A DNA stretch of 23,133 nucleotides, from NCBI GenBank assembly GCA_049606355.1, contig JBMYVL010000014.1, positions 1 to 23,133 on the forward strand, written 5' to 3'. The notes below the pieces were generated by a model that did no database searches, was not told the origin of the DNA, and saw only the letters and a program-made list of their open reading frames with translations. This stretch comes from Opitutales bacterium. Lineage in GTDB: Bacteria > Verrucomicrobiota > Verrucomicrobiia > Opitutales > Coraliomargaritaceae. Position 1 is the first letter of the stretch. Each line of letters begins with the position of its first letter. Below are positions 19,448-23,133 of this stretch, piece after piece. The position numbers and the translations under genes are program-made.

Positions 19448-20140
19448 ATGAAAGCACGCAGCAAACTGGCGGAGTCCACCACACCGGAGGGCGCGCCGAT
19501 GGCCCTCTACGAGCATGACGGTGCGTATTCGATCAGTTTCAAGGGGCAGGAGTTGATGCACTCCAAGGCATGTGCTTCCGAGCAGTTGCTGGGTGAACTC
19601 GGCATCGAGCGCTTGTCGCAAGCGCAGGCGCCCCGCGTGATGATTGGCGGCTTGGGGCTCGGGTTTACCCTACAAGCGGTACTCGCCGGCTTGGGGCCGC
19701 AGGCGCAAGTTGAAGTGGTTGAATTAGTCCCCAAAGTGGTGGAGTGGAATCGCGACTACTTGCGCGATCTGAACGGTGCCTTACTGGACGACCCGCGCGT
19801 GACGGTTACGGTGGCGGATGCCCTGCCGCTGATCCGCAAGGCGCATGCGAATTATTATGATGCGCTCATTCTGGATGTGGATAACGGGCCCAGTGGTATG
19901 GTTAAGGCAAGTAATCGCTCACTGTACTCACACAACGGTTTGCGGGCCGTACTGCACGCATTGAAGCCAGGGGGTCGTGCGGCTTTTTGGTCGGCGGGCG
20001 AAGACCCGCATTTTAAAATGCGCCTGAAACAGCGCGGGTTTCGGGTCGGCGGCATTCGAGCCAAAGTGCACGAGCGCGCCAAGCGGGCCGCCTACATGAT
20101 TTACGTCGCCGATAAAGCGGATGCCTCGCGTGGTCGCTAG
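19448..20140 (+). CDS. Spermidine-synthase-like (PABS-fold) methyltransferase-superfamily protein, short form
   Basis: 230 aa. The ATG at 19448 is preceded by GGGGG, and an alternative in-frame Met lies 17 codons downstream. Rossmann motif VMIGGLGLGFTLQAVL, then VEVVELVPKVVEW and the DALILDVDNGP acidic loop typical of spermine/spermidine-synthase-like proteins. Confidence 0.65.
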   Translation: MKARSKLAESTTPEGAPMALYEHDGAYSISFKGQELMHSKACASEQLLGELGIERLSQAQAPRVMIGGLGLGFTLQAVLAGLGPQAQVEVVELVPKVVEWNRDYLRDLNGALLDDPRVTVTVADALPLIRKAHANYYDALILDVDNGPSGMVKASNRSLYSHNGLRAVLHALKPGGRAAFWSAGEDPHFKMRLKQRGFRVGGIRAKVHERAKRAAYMIYVADKADASRGR

Positions 20141-20158
20141 CTGCTAGCGCTTTTTCTT
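20135..20158 (+). terminator. Possible intrinsic terminator for the spermidine-synthase-like gene, built from both convergent stop codons
   Basis: CGCTAG(20135-20140) ctg CTAGCG(20144-20149) forms a 6-bp stem with a 3-nt loop, followed by C TTTTTCTT (20150-20158). The stem contains TAG of the + gene and CTA (stop) of rnr. The T-run lies inside rnr codons for the KKKR tail. The stem is short, so this is tentative. Confidence 0.35.
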
Positions 20159-22558
20159 ACGAACGCCCTTGCGGAGGCGCTCGGCACGGCGTTGCTTGCG
20201 CAGCGCAGTCAGTGCTTTGGCGGAGAGTGCGTTCTCTTTGCGCGGGTTCCCGCGCGGGCGCGATCTTTCGCCGCGACCAGTCGCCGCGACCCGAAAATCG
20301 ATCTGCCGCTTGAAGCGATCGACGCGTTCGACCTGCACCTGGATGGACTGACCGACTGAATAGTGCTTGCCGCTGCGCCGTCCGGTGAGGGTGCGCCCAT
20401 CCTGGCTGGGGTGGTAGAAATCATCATCCAGAGTAGAGATGTGCACCATGCCAAAAGCCATCGTATCGGTCAGTTCGATATACATGCCGTGATTCTTGAT
20501 GTCGGTCACCACTGCGGGGAACGCGTGCTTGGTTTCCTTGCGCAGCTCCCGTTCATAGTATTCAAGCAGCTTGGTTTTTACGGATTCGCGTTCTGCATCG
20601 ACACTGTTGCGTTCCGTCACGCAGAGGTGCTCCCCAATCGACTGAAGTTTATCGAGGGTATAGCGTATATCCGGCTTCGGCAGTGCTGAATCCACGCCCT
20701 GCTTGCACAAATAGGCATCGAAGACGCGGTGCACGACGAGATCGGAGTAGCGTCGAATGGGCGAGGTGAAGTGGGTGTAATCGTGTTTGGCGAGGCCGTA
20801 GTGGCCGTCTGCACTGGCACGGTACTGCGCCTGCTTGAGACTGCGTAAGACGTGTGTCTTGAGGGTATAGCCTTGCGGGTGGTCTTTGAGCAGCTTGAGC
20901 AGCTGACTCATGGCAGCCGCCTTGGTTAAATTGCCGCACTTGACCCCAAAACTCGCCATGGTCTCGCGCAGTTCCTGTAGCTTCTCTTCGTCCGGTTCAT
21001 CGTGCACTCGGTAGAGGCAGGGGAAGCGCTGCCGCTGCATGATGCGTGCGACGTGCTCATTGGCAGACAGCATAAATTCCTCAATCAATTGATGGCTCGC
21101 GTCATTTTCCGACTTTTCGATGCGGTCGGCGTAGCCGTGTTCGTCCACATAAATCTTGATTTCGGTCATTTCCAAGTCGAGCGAGCCCTTGCGAAAGCGC
21201 GCCTTGCGCAAGTGGCGGGCAATCTCCCAGAGCTTGCGAATATGCTCTTGTAGGGTGCGCATCTCCTCGTCGGTGACCTCTGCGAGCGGCCGTCCGGTCG
21301 AGCCGGTCTGGTGCTTGGGGGGCAGTGGTGTTTGCCGAATGGTGGCGAAGTCCTCTTCTTGGAGAAAGGCATAGGCCTGGCGGTAGGTTAGGCGCTTGTT
21401 ACTGCGGATGACCGTGTTGGCGTATTCGACCTGCGTGACTTTACCCGCTGCGGAGAAAGTGAGAAAGACACTCTTGGTCAGGCGATCCTGCGCCTCGACT
21501 AAGCTGCACAGGCCATTGGACAGGGCATGTGGCAGCATGGGAATAACCGTGCCGACCAAATACGTACTGTTGCCGCGTTTTTGCGCCTCTTTATCCAGCG
21601 GAGTCCCCGGTTTTACGTAGGCAGAAACGTCCGCGATGTGGATGCCGATACGTACCTGACCCTCGTCCCGTGCTTCGAGCGAGAGCGCATCATCAAAATC
21701 TTTGGCATCATCCGGGTCGATGGTGAAGGTGAAGATCTCCCGGCAATCCTGACGGCCGCGCAGTTCGTCGGCCGCTACCTGATCGGGAATGCTCTGGAGT
21801 TGCGCTTCGACGGCGGCGGGAAACTGCGGGTCGAGCTCGTATTTGTACAGAATGCCTTTGAACTCCGCATCCGGCTCATGGGTCTTGCCCAGGACTTCAA
21901 TGAGTTCGCCCTCCGGGTTGAGGTGCCGTTGCTGCCAGTCCAGTAAGTGCACCACGACTTTGTCGCCGACTTTGGGGATCGGCTGGATGCCGCAGTGGTT
22001 CGGATCCGGTACCAAAAAGTCTTGAATCAGGCGCGGGTCGTCAGGGATCACATAGTGGGTGTGACGGCCTTTTTTGAGCGTACCGACAATACGAGTGCGG
22101 GCGCGCTTGAGAATGCGAATGATGCGCACATTCGCTTTCTCCTGCGGATCATCCGTCGGGCGTTTGGCGCGCCCACCGCGACCGCGAAATTTGTAGCGGG
22201 GGCGCTCGATCAGACGCGCCAGTACGTGGTCGCCGTGCAGGGCCACGCCGGTGTCTTCGGCGGCGACAGGGTGGCCGCGGGCCCCTTTCTTGCCCGCCTC
22301 ACTGTCGGGTATGAGGATCGCCGAGCCACTTTGGCGGAATTGGATGCGGCCACTGATGAGGTCGGCTTCGTTCGGTAGGCACAGGCGGTCCTTTTTGATG
22401 CGGGCAATCGTCCCTTGCTCGATGGCTTCGCGGAGCCACTTGCGCGCTTGCTTGGCTTGTGCACCTTCAAGTTTCAGTACTGCCAGAATTTCTTCCTGCC
22501 GCATGGGCACATAATCACGGGCCTTCAGCAAAGAGAGGAGTCGATCGCGTAGCTGCAT
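20144..22558 (-). CDS. rnr: Ribonuclease R (3'-5' exoribonuclease with N-terminal HTH/cold-shock region, RNB domain, S1 domain and basic tail)
   Basis: The track ORF starts at GTG 22570. The ATG four codons downstream (cat at 22556-22558) gives [13 protein letters not shown], a normal RNase R N-terminus. RNB motifs: [27 protein letters not shown] and [16 protein letters not shown]. The S1 domain is [17 protein letters not shown]. The Lys/Arg-rich C-tail ends RKGVRKKKR. Confidence 0.95.
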   Translation of the reverse strand: MQLRDRLLSLLKARDYVPMRQEEILAVLKLEGAQAKQARKWLREAIEQGTIARIKKDRLCLPNEADLISGRIQFRQSGSAILIPDSEAGKKGARGHPVAAEDTGVALHGDHVLARLIERPRYKFRGRGGRAKRPTDDPQEKANVRIIRILKRARTRIVGTLKKGRHTHYVIPDDPRLIQDFLVPDPNHCGIQPIPKVGDKVVVHLLDWQQRHLNPEGELIEVLGKTHEPDAEFKGILYKYELDPQFPAAVEAQLQSIPDQVAADELRGRQDCREIFTFTIDPDDAKDFDDALSLEARDEGQVRIGIHIADVSAYVKPGTPLDKEAQKRGNSTYLVGTVIPMLPHALSNGLCSLVEAQDRLTKSVFLTFSAAGKVTQVEYANTVIRSNKRLTYRQAYAFLQEEDFATIRQTPLPPKHQTGSTGRPLAEVTDEEMRTLQEHIRKLWEIARHLRKARFRKGSLDLEMTEIKIYVDEHGYADRIEKSENDASHQLIEEFMLSANEHVARIMQRQRFPCLYRVHDEPDEEKLQELRETMASFGVKCGNLTKAAAMSQLLKLLKDHPQGYTLKTHVLRSLKQAQYRASADGHYGLAKHDYTHFTSPIRRYSDLVVHRVFDAYLCKQGVDSALPKPDIRYTLDKLQSIGEHLCVTERNSVDAERESVKTKLLEYYERELRKETKHAFPAVVTDIKNHGMYIELTDTMAFGMVHISTLDDDFYHPSQDGRTLTGRRSGKHYSVGQSIQVQVERVDRFKRQIDFRVAATGRGERSRPRGNPRKENALSAKALTALRKQRRAERLRKGVRKKKR

Positions 22559-22671
22559 AGTCCAGTGCACTATTACAGGCAGTTGTGATAAAGCGAGCTT
22601 CCTCCACGCTGATTTATGGGATGGCTAAAGCAGCTAGAGCAGCGCCACTTTGCGATCGGGCGCAGTGGGCA

Positions 22672-22697
22672 CAAAAAAGCCCCAGCAGAACTGGGGC
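22672..22697 (-). terminator. Rho-independent terminator downstream of the PEP-CTERM protein gene
   Basis: On the minus strand: GCCCCAG ttctg CTGGGGC followed by TTTTTTGT. Plus-strand arms are at 22679-22685 and 22691-22697, with the A-run at 22673-22678. It lies ~20 nt after the stop at 22718 and upstream of the rnr start. Confidence 0.7.
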
Positions 22698-22717
22698 GTT
22701 TGAGAACAGTGTTGGAA

Positions 22718-23133
22718 TTAGCGGCGACGCGCCACCCGCGCCAGAACGGCGACCACTCCGAGTAACAAGCCATAATGGGCGGGCTCGGGTACGGTGGCGA
22801 AGTCACTGTGGTGATCCACGACGGCCCACATCTTGTTGTTGTCGTCATCCACACCGAAATCACCTACCCAGAACTCGCCCGCCTGCTTGGTATTCGCACC
22901 GCGAATGGTGGTCGTGCCGGCAAGGTAGGCATCGTAGCTCATATTGAGGCCGATGATGCCGGCTTCTTTCAGGCTGAGTGGGTCGCTGCGGTTGACCCCC
23001 AGGTTTTCGAAGTAGTCCCAATTCGCAAAGTTACCTTGGATCGCATTCACCCACTTATCATTGATACTGGCGAGGTGATCCCCGAACTCATCGAAGATTG
23101 CGTCGACACCGATGTTCAACCAACCGAGGTAGC
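22718..23133 (-). CDS. PEP-CTERM sorting-domain protein, N-terminus outside the window
   Basis: The track start at 23119 is a TTG. The frame stays open to the window edge (upstream codons read Y-L-G-W). The C-terminus ...HHSDFATVPEPAHYGLLLGVVAVLARVARRR* is a canonical PEP-CTERM signal: VPEP, a hydrophobic helix, then an Arg cluster (nt 22721-22792). TAA stop at 22718-22720. Confidence 0.8.
   Translation of the reverse strand, partial: YLGWLNIGVDAIFDEFGDHLASINDKWVNAIQGNFANWDYFENLGVNRSDPLSLKEAGIIGLNMSYDAYLAGTTTIRGANTKQAGEFWVGDFGVDDDNNKMWAVVDHHSDFATVPEPAHYGLLLGVVAVLARVARRR

Noticed and set aside
22573-22947. ORFs 22573..22863 (-, 96 aa) and 22585..22947 (+, 120 aa) spanning the rnr upstream region.
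   Set aside because: They overlap the PEP-CTERM gene's 3' end and run across its intrinsic terminator. Their products are low-complexity with no recognisable motifs. The region is better explained as a terminator plus the rnr promoter and leader.

Overview
This is a densely packed, moderately GC-rich chromosomal stretch that is almost entirely housekeeping: 19 complete CDS plus 2 CDS truncated by the window edges, on both strands. Confidently recognised genes are an ABC-F ATPase, recN, serA, plsY, a hom-lysC-thrC aspartate-pathway cluster, hslR (Hsp15-like S4 protein), a MalY/PatB-type PLP C-S lyase and RNase R. Family-level calls are a PpiD-like periplasmic chaperone, a long-form YihY/BrkB membrane protein, a GYF_2-domain membrane protein, a glycine-zipper lipoprotein, an aldo/keto reductase, a small class I methyltransferase-fold protein, a spermidine-synthase-like protein and a PEP-CTERM protein. 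The PEP-CTERM tail and general protein flavour suggest Verrucomicrobiota (Opitutae-like), but that is a weak inference. I found no rRNA, tRNA, CRISPR array, transposase or integrase, phage genes, riboswitch or large repeat. The supplied ORF track accepts TTG and GTG as starts, and three N-termini look over-extended; I corrected them. I do not see a convincing new multi-gene system. The best follow-up candidates are modest: (i) the GYF_2 membrane protein next to a YihY/BrkB protein carrying an Rrf2-like winged-helix C-terminal extension, (ii) the very tight patB-hslR-methyltransferase operon, (iii) a possible internal translation start in lysC, (iv) an unusual C-terminal tail on the aldo/keto reductase. 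The many long antisense ORFs in the track are GC-driven shadow ORFs.
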